Numbered from the stretch's first letter, positions 1 through 9,686 are shown. The stretch: DNA of 64,000 nucleotides from an uncultured virus (IMG/VR IMGVR_UViG_3300020191_000009) (IMGVR_UViG_3300020191_000009:1-64000), one strand, 5' to 3'. The notes: generated from the sequence alone by a model not told the origin. Made by a program: numbers and translations.

Positions 1-2
1 TT

Positions 3-482
3 GCTGAGCGTCCAATACAGTTTGTTGCATACGATGCACAGGCTAGTAGAGGACATATCCTTGAAATAGAGCAGTACACTGAGCTTATGGAGTTTCTACA
101 GCATCAAGGATTTGATGTAGTTACATATTTCGATGAAACAAACTACCCTACGGATGGTGTAGTTTGTAGAGTTGAATCCATAAGCAAATACTATAGCTTA
201 GGTTTTACGTCTCATCACCCTCGAGGTGTAGTCGCGCTTAAGCAAGAAAAAGAAGGTGTAGTAACAACTTTAGAAGATGTAGTTTGGCAAGTAGGTAAAT
301 CAGGTGCAGTAAGTCCTGTAGGAATATTGACACCTGTATTTATTGGAGATGCGAAAGTTTCTCGTGCTACTCTGCATAACATAGAGTATATACACCAGCT
401 AAACTTAGAAATTGGCTGTGCTGTCGAAGTAATAAGAAGCGGGGAAATTATACCTCGTATTTTACGACGGGTAGACCTATAA
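3..482 (+). CDS. ligA: NAD-dependent DNA ligase, subunit A (adenylation + OB domains), 5' truncated by the window edge
   Basis: Frame is open from position 3 (AERPIQFVAYD...), upstream of the tracked Met at 87. Motifs TDGVV, HHPRG.VALK, WQVGKSGAVSPV, SRATLHN and RSGEIIPRI are present. The split ligase is a T5 feature. Confidence 0.93.
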   Translation, partial: AERPIQFVAYDAQASRGHILEIEQYTELMEFLQHQGFDVVTYFDETNYPTDGVVCRVESISKYYSLGFTSHHPRGVVALKQEKEGVVTTLEDVVWQVGKSGAVSPVGILTPVFIGDAKVSRATLHNIEYIHQLNLEIGCAVEVIRSGEIIPRILRRVDL

Positions 483-505
483 GGTCACCTGAAGAAAAAT
501 ATTAC

Positions 506-535
506 TTGACACTCAGCTAATTTTTATATTATAAT
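506..535 (+). promoter_or_regulatory. Sigma70-type promoter upstream of ligase subunit B
   Basis: TTGACA (506-511), 18-nt spacer, TATAAT (530-535), with an upstream A-tract. Confidence 0.75.
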
Positions 536-571
536 AATCTTTCACTTTTTAGGAATACTATACTTATCATT

Positions 572-1327
572 ATGACTACTATACAAGCCCCAAAAACTTG
601 TCCTAGTTGCTCTAGCCCTCTAACATGGGTTAATAATGTTTTGTATTGTAGGAATAATATGTGTGATGCCAGAACAGGAAAAAAGATAGAGCACTTTGCT
701 AAGGCCCTTAAAATAAAAGGACTTGGCCCTGCAGCTATCAAAAAACTAGACATACAAGACTTTGATGAAATCTATTCTATGACAGAAGAGGATATCGCTG
801 TTCGCCTAGACTCAGAAAAGCTAGCTTCTAAATTATACGCAGAGATTCAGAACTCTCGTTCTGCCCCTCTTGACTTAGTCCTTCCTGCTTTTGGAATCCC
901 CCTAATAGGGAATACGGCAACTAAAAAGCTGTCTGCTATTGTATCAACTATGTTCGAGATTAATAGAGACGCTTGTACGCTTGCAGGGCTAGGCCCTAAA
1001 GCTACAGAGAGCCTGTGTAACTGGCTAGACTCGGAGTATTACTGCTTCTATGACGGCCTTCTGCCTTTTTCTTTCAAATTTTCTGAACAAGAAAAAGTAA
1101 CTCTAGAAAAGGGTGTTGTTTGTATCAGTGGTAAGCTGAAGAGTTTCAGAACCAAAGCTGAAGCAACAACAGCATTGAATAGTGCAGGTTACGAGGTAAA
1201 AAGTAGCCTTACTAAGCAAGTAACGATTCTATTAAACGAAAGTGCGGTAGAGTCCAGTAAAACTAAACAAGCCAGAGACTCTGGCATTAAAATTTCAACA
1301 AACATTTATGAATTATTGGAGATATAA
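572..1327 (+). CDS. ligB: NAD-dependent DNA ligase, subunit B (Zn finger, HhH, BRCT)
   Basis: CPSC...C...C zinc finger, IKGLGP / IPLIG / GLGPK HhH motifs, C-terminal BRCT (VCISGKL...SSKTKQA). Confidence 0.92.
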   Translation: MTTIQAPKTCPSCSSPLTWVNNVLYCRNNMCDARTGKKIEHFAKALKIKGLGPAAIKKLDIQDFDEIYSMTEEDIAVRLDSEKLASKLYAEIQNSRSAPLDLVLPAFGIPLIGNTATKKLSAIVSTMFEINRDACTLAGLGPKATESLCNWLDSEYYCFYDGLLPFSFKFSEQEKVTLEKGVVCISGKLKSFRTKAEATTALNSAGYEVKSSLTKQVTILLNESAVESSKTKQARDSGIKISTNIYELLEI

Positions 1328-2055
1328 TGGCACTTCCTAAGTGGACAGATGAGCGAACCGCTCAATTAACAGCTTTCGTTGGTGACGAAAGTCCTATTTC
1401 TCAAGGTACAGTTGCAGAAGCAGCTTCTACTCTTGAAACAACTCCTCGTTCCGTTTCTAGCAAATTGCGTAAAATGGGATTCGAAGTAGAATTGGCATCA
1501 GTAGCCGCAGGTAAGTCTTTCTCAGATGAGCAAGAAGCAACTTTGCGTGCTTTTGTAACAGAAAACAGCGGTGAATATAACTACGCACAAATTGCTGAGC
1601 ATTTTGAAGGCGGTAAGTTCTCTGCTAAGTCTATCCAAGGCAAAATCTTGTCTATGGAATTGACTTCTCATGTTGCAGCTATGCCTAAAGTAGAGCCTGT
1701 ACGAACGTACAGTGCAGACGAAGAAGCTACGTTTATCGCAATGGTAAACAAGGGCTCTTTCGTAGAGGATATCGCAGAAGCCTTGGGTCGAGAAATCAAC
1801 TCAGTACGTGGTAAAGCTCTTAGCTTGCTCCGTTCAGGCGACATTGACGCTATCCCCCGCCAGCAGAACACCAAAGGTGCAGCAACTGCAGATCCTTTTG
1901 CCTCTCTTGGCAACCTAGCCGAGATGACTGTAGAAGAGATTGCAGAGGCGATTGGCAAAACTCCCCGTGGAGTAAAAACTATGCTGACTCGTCGTGGCCT
2001 CACAGCCTCTGACTATGATGGCGAAGCTCGGGCACAAAAAGCCGCAGCTAGCTAA
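1327..2055 (+). CDS. D5: T5 D5-like DNA-binding transcriptional regulator (repeated HTH)
   Basis: Repeated HTH-like units (RSVSSKLRKMG, KSIQGKILSME, NSVRGKALSL, RGVKTMLTRRG); T5 position directly after ligB. Confidence 0.85.
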   Translation: MALPKWTDERTAQLTAFVGDESPISQGTVAEAASTLETTPRSVSSKLRKMGFEVELASVAAGKSFSDEQEATLRAFVTENSGEYNYAQIAEHFEGGKFSAKSIQGKILSMELTSHVAAMPKVEPVRTYSADEEATFIAMVNKGSFVEDIAEALGREINSVRGKALSLLRSGDIDAIPRQQNTKGAATADPFASLGNLAEMTVEEIAEAIGKTPRGVKTMLTRRGLTASDYDGEARAQKAAAS

Positions 2056-2086
2056 TAGCATATACATAATATTATGTAAAAACCAG

Positions 2087-2119
2087 AACAGCTACGGGGT
2101 CTCTCGTAGCTGTTTCTTT
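2087..2119 (+). terminator. Probable intrinsic terminator after D5
   Basis: Stem AACAGCTACG / CGTAGCTGTT followed by a T-rich tail. Confidence 0.6.
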
Positions 2120-2139
2120 AATGTTCGGGGGAACGATAG

Positions 2140-3495
2140 TTGAATATAGCAAGTGCTTTAATTAAAAAGACGATTGAGGAGGCAGACCTCGAAACTTGGT
2201 CGTATGTTAAAAAAGAGTACCTCCCTTCCGAGTACCATAAAGTATTTGACTATATTGATAATTATTTTGATAACTATTCCCGATTACCTACCTTTGAGGA
2301 TTTAACCCTTTCACTACGGCACGCTCAGACAAAAGAAAAGGTACTAGCAATACAATCTCTTGAAGTAGAGGCAGATGCTTTTACTTTATTGCAGTATTTA
2401 AAAAATGAGTTTACACAAAAAGAAATATTTAACTCGTTAGATACTTATATTGATAGTACAGTTTTATTTGCAGAAGCCGAAGAATCAGTACAAGCACTAC
2501 ATCAGATCGTGCTAGATATTCAGGATAAGGTAGACTTAGAAGTCCCATCCGAAAGTATGCAAAGAATATCTCTGTTCGACTCTGAAGACGATTTAGATAA
2601 GTACCTGCCCCTCGGTCTCAACTCAGACTATGATCAAAGCATTTCGTTTTCCCCCCGAGACCTGGTGCTTGTTGGTGGTAGACGAGGGGCGGGGAAATCT
2701 ATTGCTTGTGCCAACGTTGCAGCGGCTTCGTACTTAGCAGGTAAGTCTTCTCTCTACTTTACAATCGAGATGAGTAGTAGAGAAATTCTGCAAAGAATAT
2801 GTTCAATCTCAACGGGTGTGCCTGCCAATAGAATTAAAAACAAAAATTTAAGTATCACAGAATGGGAGAAGATAGCTTCTTGGTGGGCTGCACGATTTAC
2901 TAAAGGCCAGGAGCGTTTGGATGAGTATAGAGAACACCGAGATTTTGACAGGTTTCACCAAAAACTTAGTCTTGGAGATCTTACCCCTGAACAACAGGTA
3001 GACGTAATATATGACCCTTCACTTACTATAGGAAAGATAAGAGCAGAGTTAGATAAAAAAGTATCTATACTTAAGCCTTCAGTAATTATTGTAGACTATA
3101 TTAACCAGGTAAAAAGATCAAATATACCTAGTAGGTTTGGTGGCCAGTATGATTGGACTGAACAAATAGAAGTAAGTAAAGCATTAAAATCTATGGCCCA
3201 AGAGTACGAGGTGTGTGTATTTAGTCCATATCAAACCGATGCTACAGGAGAGGCAAGATTTGCTAAAGGTATTCTGGATGCCGCAGATGCTGCATACTCT
3301 TTAGAAGCCTGGAGTGAGGAGGATAACTGCATAAGTTTTAATTGTGTAAAAATGAGATCAGCTCCAATGCACAGCTTTACTTCAACCATGAATTGGGATA
3401 CCCTAAAGATAGGTCCTGATAGTACACTAACACCTAAAGAGCGGGAGGACTCCTCAGAGAAAACAGGAGAAGAAATTAATGACAACATCGGGTAA
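2140..3495 (+). CDS. D6: DnaB-like replicative helicase (T5 D6-like)
   Basis: Walker A GRRGAGKS, FTIEM, IIVDYIN; TTG start; T5 synteny. Confidence 0.9.
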   Translation: MNIASALIKKTIEEADLETWSYVKKEYLPSEYHKVFDYIDNYFDNYSRLPTFEDLTLSLRHAQTKEKVLAIQSLEVEADAFTLLQYLKNEFTQKEIFNSLDTYIDSTVLFAEAEESVQALHQIVLDIQDKVDLEVPSESMQRISLFDSEDDLDKYLPLGLNSDYDQSISFSPRDLVLVGGRRGAGKSIACANVAAASYLAGKSSLYFTIEMSSREILQRICSISTGVPANRIKNKNLSITEWEKIASWWAARFTKGQERLDEYREHRDFDRFHQKLSLGDLTPEQQVDVIYDPSLTIGKIRAELDKKVSILKPSVIIVDYINQVKRSNIPSRFGGQYDWTEQIEVSKALKSMAQEYEVCVFSPYQTDATGEARFAKGILDAADAAYSLEAWSEEDNCISFNCVKMRSAPMHSFTSTMNWDTLKIGPDSTLTPKEREDSSEKTGEEINDNIG

Positions 3496-3503
3496 AATTT
3501 CTC

Positions 3504-3532
3504 TTGACTATTTAGTTGTTTTCTTGTATAAT
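3504..3532 (+). promoter_or_regulatory. Sigma70-type promoter
   Basis: TTGACT, 17-nt spacer, TATAAT, intergenic. Confidence 0.8.
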
Positions 3533-3558
3533 ATACTCTTAATTAGCGAGGATAACAC

Positions 3559-3849
3559 ATGATAGTATCAGGGTCAATTAATTATACCTATACAGGTAGA
3601 AAGCGTAATACACGTAAAGTTAATAAAGTAACTAAAACAAAGAGACCTTTCAAAGAAATGAAAGAACCACTGTTTACTAATAGTCGCATAGACGAAGTGA
3701 ATAAGTACCCAAGCGCTCCGATGACTCCTTACAGGCCCGCAAAGGATACTTCATATAAGACACAGCATAAGTTTACCGTAGCTCCTGCCTATAATAAAGG
3801 AGCTTACATGGTTATACCAAGAAGCGAAGTAGAGGACATAGGACGATGA
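3559..3849 (+). CDS. Hypothetical basic protein
   Basis: SD GAGGA upstream; C-terminal APAYNKGAYMVI motif, which I recall from aquatic phage hypotheticals. Confidence 0.75.
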   Translation: MIVSGSINYTYTGRKRNTRKVNKVTKTKRPFKEMKEPLFTNSRIDEVNKYPSAPMTPYRPAKDTSYKTQHKFTVAPAYNKGAYMVIPRSEVEDIGR

Positions 3850-4109
3850 TTAAACAGGACGATGCTAGAAGTAAAATTGAAGAGCACTTTATTGTTTTAG
3901 AGGCCGCTGTAGATGTTGGTGACTTTGAGTGGATGCAAACTGGCATGGCTAGGCTTTCTAAATACTACTCCTTTTTTACAGAGGAGGAGATAAGTAAGTT
4001 TGAAGAATATGAGCTAATCATAGAAACGGGCAGCCTCTCCGAAGAGTATGATAACTATTATGAGCCCACTGAATATGACGAGTGGCAAGACTATGATTCG
4101 GACTGTTAA
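3846..4109 (+). CDS. Hypothetical acidic protein
   Basis: ATGA overlap with the upstream gene and TAATG overlap with primase; D/E/Y-rich tail ending EWQDYDSDC. Confidence 0.75.
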   Translation: MIKQDDARSKIEEHFIVLEAAVDVGDFEWMQTGMARLSKYYSFFTEEEISKFEEYELIIETGSLSEEYDNYYEPTEYDEWQDYDSDC

Positions 4110-4945
4110 TGAACGTAGAAGATCTTTTAAGAAGTAAAGAAATTGCCTTCATACCTAAAGGTGGAGACTTTCTAGTAAGCTGTTTAAACCCTGCGCACCC
4201 AGACAAAAACCCTAGTATGAGAATAGACCAGATAACTGGTATATTCAATTGTTTTTCGTGTGAGTATAAGGGCAATTTGTTTACTCTTTACGGCGAACGA
4301 CAGAATCAAATGCAGGTTCGAAGAGAGATGTTAAAGAAGAAAATACAAGAAGTACGAGCAGAGAATATAGGATTAGCCTTTCCTAAAAATTCTATGCCGT
4401 ATGTAGGTAACTGGAGAGATATAAAACCAGAAACCTATAGAAAGTTTGAGGCGTTTCAGCAGCAATCTTTAAAAGAGTATCAAAACAGAATTGTGTTCCC
4501 TATCCGCGATAGAACACTAAAAATAGTAGCATTTGTAGGACGACATACCACAATGGGAACTCCCAAATATTTAAATAGTCCTGCCGGAGTAAAAATGCCA
4601 TTGTTTCCCGTAGTTAAACCTAACTTAGGGTCTGTTATATTAGTGGAAGGTATATTTGATATGCTTAATCTACATGACAAAGGCCTAGAAAACGCTATCT
4701 GCTGTTTCGGTGTAAAAAACGTTACAGAGGACAGACTAGCAATTCTAGGTATGCAAGGAGTAAGTAATATTGATATATTTTTTGATAATGATGAGGCGGG
4801 TCAAGCCCAAGCCTCCCGTGTGGAGGGGTTATGTGAGAAAGTTGGTCTCACTTCCAGAGTTATTAAGTACGGTAATAAAAACGTAGATCCTGGAGCCCTT
4901 AAATATTCTCAAGTAAATGATCTAAGGATTAAATTATATGCCTAA
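4109..4945 (+). CDS. DNA primase (CHC2 zinc finger + TOPRIM)
   Basis: C..P.H.DKNPS...CFSC zinc finger, IVFPI, KYLNSP, LVEGIFD, FDNDEAG. Confidence 0.95.
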   Translation: MNVEDLLRSKEIAFIPKGGDFLVSCLNPAHPDKNPSMRIDQITGIFNCFSCEYKGNLFTLYGERQNQMQVRREMLKKKIQEVRAENIGLAFPKNSMPYVGNWRDIKPETYRKFEAFQQQSLKEYQNRIVFPIRDRTLKIVAFVGRHTTMGTPKYLNSPAGVKMPLFPVVKPNLGSVILVEGIFDMLNLHDKGLENAICCFGVKNVTEDRLAILGMQGVSNIDIFFDNDEAGQAQASRVEGLCEKVGLTSRVIKYGNKNVDPGALKYSQVNDLRIKLYA

Positions 4946-7205
4946 AGTTGCATTAGTAGAAACTAAACCGAGTCGTTCAAATTTTAAAGAATTGTTCGAC
5001 GGCTCTTTTGCGTTTGATACATATCATTTGTGCTCAGACGCGAGCGTTAAAAAAGTCCTGAAAAGAGACTGCGATATTGATATTGATACAGACCAATATG
5101 ATTGGGTTATTTTAGTGGGTAGCGATGCACTAAAATACTTTACAAAAATTAATTCTGTTACAGAGTACTCAGGTAAAAAAGTAGAAGGAAAGTTCCTTCC
5201 TGTAATCAATCCTGGTATGCTTAAGTTTAAGCCCGAGGCTAAAAAGACCTGGGAATCCTCTAAGGATAATATTATTAAGTATATTAGTGGAGAACTAGAG
5301 GACACTGTAATAGATGATAATATTGCTCGGGGCATACAAGATACTGACGAAGCTAAAGCATGGGTTAGGCAGGCAGCACAGCATCCTGTAATTGCTTTAG
5401 ATTCCGAAACAACGGGACTATACCCGCGCGATGGTCACGTGCTAGGAATCTCCATGTCATATAATGGGGACGACGGTGTATACATAGATACTGAATGTTT
5501 TGATGATGAGTTAGAATCTATGCTTGCTGACTTGTTTAAGTCTAGCAAAGTTGTTTTTCATAATGCAAAGTTTGATATAGCTTTCTTTGAGTATCATTTT
5601 GGGTGGGTTTTTCCAGATTTTGAAGATACTATGTTGCTTCATTATTTAATAGATGAGAATCCTGGAGGCCATGGACTAAAGCCCCTTTCTTTAAAGTATA
5701 CAATCTACGGAGACTATGAGAAGCCGATGTATGATTGGATGGATCAGTATAGAAAAGAGCATGGAATATTAAAGGGCGATTTTCAATGGAGCTCTATTCC
5801 GTTTGATATAATGAAAACATATGCAGCAATGGATGCTGTGTGTACGTTTACTTTATACCAAAAATTTAAAAAAATTAAAGAAAACCATAAGCTACTATCT
5901 GTATATGATAATATTCTTATACCAGGAACTAGGTTTCTAATTGATGTCCAAAACAATGGTGTTCCTTTCGACGCTAAAAGGCTACGTATCGCCCAGGAGC
6001 TCATGCAAGATGACATAGATAGCGCGGTAGAGGAACTATATAAAGTAAACGCCATTAAGTTATTTGAGAAGGCTCAAGGAAAGGAGTTTAATCCAAATAG
6101 TACAGTACAACTACGATCCTTGCTATATGATTATATAGGTCTGCAACCAGTAATGAAAAAAACGGGGACAGGCGCTTGGTCAACAGACGCTGAAGTTCTA
6201 CAAATACTAGGACAAGAACATGAAGTACCTAACCACATTCTTAATATACGGCAAAAGTCTAAGATTAAAAATACATATTTGGATAAAATTATTCCTCAGC
6301 TGGATCGTGACTCACATCTCAGAACCGGTTTTAATTTGCATTCTACTACTAGTGGCCGTCTTAGCAGTTCAGGCAAGCTAAACATGCAGCAACTGCCAAG
6401 AGATAACCCTATTGTAAAGGGTTGTATTAAGGCAAGTGAGGGTAATAAAATAGTTGCTATGGATTTAACAACTGCTGAAGTTTATGTTGCAGCAATTCTG
6501 GCAAAAGACACGGCTTTAATGGACGTATTTAAAAGTGGAGGAAATTTTCACTCTAGTATTGCAAAAACAGTTTTTAAGCTAACTTGTCCTGTAGAGGATA
6601 TAGCAGACATGTATACTACTCAGAGGCAGGCTGCTAAAGCTGTTACTTTTGGTATTATGTATGGTGCTGGCCCTAAAAAGATAAGTGAGCAAGTTACCAA
6701 AGATTCAGGAACCGTATTTACAGTTGGAGAAGCAAAGGATGTAATTGAAGATTATTTTAAAACTTTTCATAAATTGGATAAATGGATCAAAGAAAACCAA
6801 AAGTTTATTCAAGCTAATGGTTTTATATACAGTTTCTTTGGTAGAAAGAGGAGATTACCAAATGTACAATCGGCGGATCCACAAATCCAAAGTCATTCGA
6901 TTAGGAGTGGTCTTAATTTTTTGGTCCAGTCTGCTGCTTCTGATATTAACTTATTGGGCGCTATAGATATGAATCAACATATTAAAACCCATTCTATGAA
7001 AGCTAAAATATTTGCGCTTGTACATGACTCTATCTTAGCAGAGGTTGCAGACGAAGATGTTGACAACTATGTCAGCTCTCTTCGTAAGTACATTCAAATG
7101 GATAGAGGCTTGAGTATACCTGGAGCACCTGTTGGGTGTGATTTTGAAATAGGCGAGGACTATTCAATGGGTAAATTTAAGAAAATATATGGTAATTACA
7201 TATAA
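4938..7205 (+). CDS. polA: Family A DNA polymerase with 3'-5' exonuclease domain
   Basis: Exo motifs DSETTG, HNAKFD, YAAMD; polymerase motifs SGRLSSS, DLTTAE, RQAAKAVTFGIMYG (Phe at the position equivalent to E. coli F762), VHDS. Confidence 0.97.
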   Translation: MPKVALVETKPSRSNFKELFDGSFAFDTYHLCSDASVKKVLKRDCDIDIDTDQYDWVILVGSDALKYFTKINSVTEYSGKKVEGKFLPVINPGMLKFKPEAKKTWESSKDNIIKYISGELEDTVIDDNIARGIQDTDEAKAWVRQAAQHPVIALDSETTGLYPRDGHVLGISMSYNGDDGVYIDTECFDDELESMLADLFKSSKVVFHNAKFDIAFFEYHFGWVFPDFEDTMLLHYLIDENPGGHGLKPLSLKYTIYGDYEKPMYDWMDQYRKEHGILKGDFQWSSIPFDIMKTYAAMDAVCTFTLYQKFKKIKENHKLLSVYDNILIPGTRFLIDVQNNGVPFDAKRLRIAQELMQDDIDSAVEELYKVNAIKLFEKAQGKEFNPNSTVQLRSLLYDYIGLQPVMKKTGTGAWSTDAEVLQILGQEHEVPNHILNIRQKSKIKNTYLDKIIPQLDRDSHLRTGFNLHSTTSGRLSSSGKLNMQQLPRDNPIVKGCIKASEGNKIVAMDLTTAEVYVAAILAKDTALMDVFKSGGNFHSSIAKTVFKLTCPVEDIADMYTTQRQAAKAVTFGIMYGAGPKKISEQVTKDSGTVFTVGEAKDVIEDYFKTFHKLDKWIKENQKFIQANGFIYSFFGRKRRLPNVQSADPQIQSHSIRSGLNFLVQSAASDINLLGAIDMNQHIKTHSMKAKIFALVHDSILAEVADEDVDNYVSSLRKYIQMDRGLSIPGAPVGCDFEIGEDYSMGKFKKIYGNYI

Positions 7206-7680
7206 AACGATAAAAAATATTACTTTTCCTATATATAGATTAAGATCTGATAATTGGAGCTATACGGATGGTTTATTATTTCTAGATAATGAAATAATAG
7301 ACGATCGGAATATGCCAGGAAACACTCTTGGCCTACGGAGAGTTCAAACATCAGATCCTAGACTAGGAAAACTAAATAAACAGATAATTTCCGTACAAGG
7401 ATTACTGAAGCAGGCTACACCGTATTTTATAGATAGCAAGGGCATCCCTTTTATCTATCAAAAAACGCAAATGTGTACTTTAAAATACAAACATATTAAC
7501 AAAGTACATAAAGCAGAGGGTAGTTCTTTTATTATATGCAAAAAAATACCTCCTTTTAGAGTACCGAGGCCTCCTGAAACGGGCCAACGATACGCAGGGA
7601 TTTTGTATTTAAAAGAATGGCCTTATATGCTCTACGAGTATTCTGAAGGACCGAAAAAAGATACGCGCAGAAAGGTATAA
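7189..7680 (+). CDS. Conserved T5-like hypothetical protein downstream of the polymerase
   Basis: Overlaps the pol stop; DDRNMPGNTLGLRR and FIDSKG motifs; T5-like position. Confidence 0.75.
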   Translation: MVITYKTIKNITFPIYRLRSDNWSYTDGLLFLDNEIIDDRNMPGNTLGLRRVQTSDPRLGKLNKQIISVQGLLKQATPYFIDSKGIPFIYQKTQMCTLKYKHINKVHKAEGSSFIICKKIPPFRVPRPPETGQRYAGILYLKEWPYMLYEYSEGPKKDTRRKV

Positions 7681-7684
7681 TAAA

Positions 7685-8389
7685 TTGGTATCCAAAATAA
7701 ATAATGTAAAAGGCCAAAATAGAGGCGCTAGACGCCACAAGCCTAAAACCTTAAATGCTATTAATTTAAAATTAAAAACAGTAGAACCTCTAACAAGAAA
7801 CCAAGTACTCGCATTTGAGAGCGAAAAAAACTTAATCTTACATGGAGTCGCTGGAACGGGTAAAACTTATATATCCTCATATCTGGCATTTGACGATATA
7901 TTCAAGGGGTTGTATGAAAAACTAGTGATAGTTAGAAGTGCAGTATCTACTAGGGATATAGGCTTTTTACCAGGTACAGAAAAAGATAAGGCTTCCGTAT
8001 ATGAGGAGCCATATAAGGATATATGTATAGATCTGTTTGAGAGGGGCGATGCATACGAAGTTTTAAAAAGTAAGTACGTAGTTCATTTTATGACAACCTC
8101 TTTTGTGCGTGGCATTACACTAAGAAATGCTACAATTCTTATAGATGAGTGTCAAAATATGTCTTTTCACGAGCTAGACTCAATTATTACTCGAATAGGA
8201 GAGAATTGCAGAGTAATATTATGTGGAGACTTTCGACAGTCTGATTTACGTCAGAGCGGCTTAAGAGACTTTATACGAATACTTAAAGCTATGGAATGTT
8301 TCGATTTTATAGATTTTGAAATAAAAGATATAGTTAGAAGTGACTTCGTAAAAGAATATATAACTTCAAAAGAAACCTTGGGACTTTAA
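7685..8389 (+). CDS. phoH: PhoH family ATPase
   Basis: GVAGTGKT, IGFLPG, RGITL, IDECQN, TRIGE, GDFRQSD, DIVRS; TTG start is uncertain. Confidence 0.95.
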   Translation: MVSKINNVKGQNRGARRHKPKTLNAINLKLKTVEPLTRNQVLAFESEKNLILHGVAGTGKTYISSYLAFDDIFKGLYEKLVIVRSAVSTRDIGFLPGTEKDKASVYEEPYKDICIDLFERGDAYEVLKSKYVVHFMTTSFVRGITLRNATILIDECQNMSFHELDSIITRIGENCRVILCGDFRQSDLRQSGLRDFIRILKAMECFDFIDFEIKDIVRSDFVKEYITSKETLGL

Positions 8390-8391
8390 TT

Positions 8392-9675
8392 ATGAAAGCA
8401 GTACTAGGCAATAGAATTTTTCTCTCAGTAGATGGGAGATACAAAGAGTGGCTCAATAAACAGCTAACGTATGTTGTGCCTGCTCCTATGCCTACAGACC
8501 CTCCCATTGTAATTAAAAATATGAGCAGAGTTAGTTCTGAGTTAGTATCTATTCCTTCTGGCAGAGAGGATCTAATCCCTAAAACCCATGAAATAGTAGA
8601 TAGAAGGGTGTATAAACCAGTAGAATTTCCTGAGTTTCGTTTCTCACTGAGAAAAAGCCAGCAGGATGTTTATGATGAAATTGACGATAGTTCAATTATT
8701 AATGCTTGGGTAAGCTGGGGTAAGACATTTACCGCGCTCGCTATAGCAGGAAAGCTAAAACAAAAAACTCTTATTGTAGTTCATACTGTACCGTTAAGGA
8801 CTCAATGGGCTAAAGAGGTTGAGAAAGTATTTGGAATAATTCCAGGAATTATAGGTAGTGGTAATTTTGAAATAGGAGATCTAATTACAATAGGCAATAC
8901 TCAAAGTCTGTATAGAAAACTGCCAGAAATCTCTAAAGAGTTTGGCTGTATTATACTAGACGAGATGCACCATGTGTCCTCTCCTACTTTTGCTAAAATT
9001 ATAGATGCTAACCACGCAAGGTATAAAATAGGCCTATCAGGAACTATTGAAAGAAAAGACGGTAAGCATATAGTTTTCAAAGATTACTTTGGATCAAAAG
9101 TATTTAAACCACCCAAAGAAAACTTTATGCAACCAGAAATACATATATTTAGGTCTCAAACGCGTTTTATGGACGGAGCTAACATACCCTGGGCTAATAG
9201 AGTAAACAATCTAACTAATAATGAAGAGTACAGACACTCGGTAGCCCTGTTAGCTTCTAGTTACGCAGCCCGAGGGCACAAAGTGCTGGTAGTAAGCGAC
9301 CGCGTGAGCTTTTTAAAAGCTTGCGCCGAACTGGTTGGGGATAATGCTGCTTGTGTTACGGGTGAGGTAGCACAAGATCAAAGAGAAACAATCATGTCTC
9401 AGGTGGAGGCTGGTCGGTTTAATGTATTATTTGGTACACAAGCTATTTTCTCTGAAGGTATCTCACTAAACTGCTTAAGTTGCCTAATTTTAGGTACTCC
9501 TATAAATAATGAGCCTTTATTGACCCAGTTAATAGGACGAGTAGTTAGAAAAGAGGAAGGTAAATTAACCCCCGTAATTTTAGATATACACTTGGTAGGA
9601 AAAACTGCGTCGAACCAAGCATCACAGAGAATGGGACACTACATAAAACAAGGCTACAATATTAAACAGCTTTAA
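8392..9675 (+). CDS. D10: Superfamily 2 helicase (T5 D10 / UvsW-like)
   Basis: SWGKT, LDEMHH, GLSGT, QLIGRVVR. Confidence 0.93.
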   Translation: MKAVLGNRIFLSVDGRYKEWLNKQLTYVVPAPMPTDPPIVIKNMSRVSSELVSIPSGREDLIPKTHEIVDRRVYKPVEFPEFRFSLRKSQQDVYDEIDDSSIINAWVSWGKTFTALAIAGKLKQKTLIVVHTVPLRTQWAKEVEKVFGIIPGIIGSGNFEIGDLITIGNTQSLYRKLPEISKEFGCIILDEMHHVSSPTFAKIIDANHARYKIGLSGTIERKDGKHIVFKDYFGSKVFKPPKENFMQPEIHIFRSQTRFMDGANIPWANRVNNLTNNEEYRHSVALLASSYAARGHKVLVVSDRVSFLKACAELVGDNAACVTGEVAQDQRETIMSQVEAGRFNVLFGTQAIFSEGISLNCLSCLILGTPINNEPLLTQLIGRVVRKEEGKLTPVILDIHLVGKTASNQASQRMGHYIKQGYNIKQL

Positions 9676-9686
9676 AAAAATATTGC

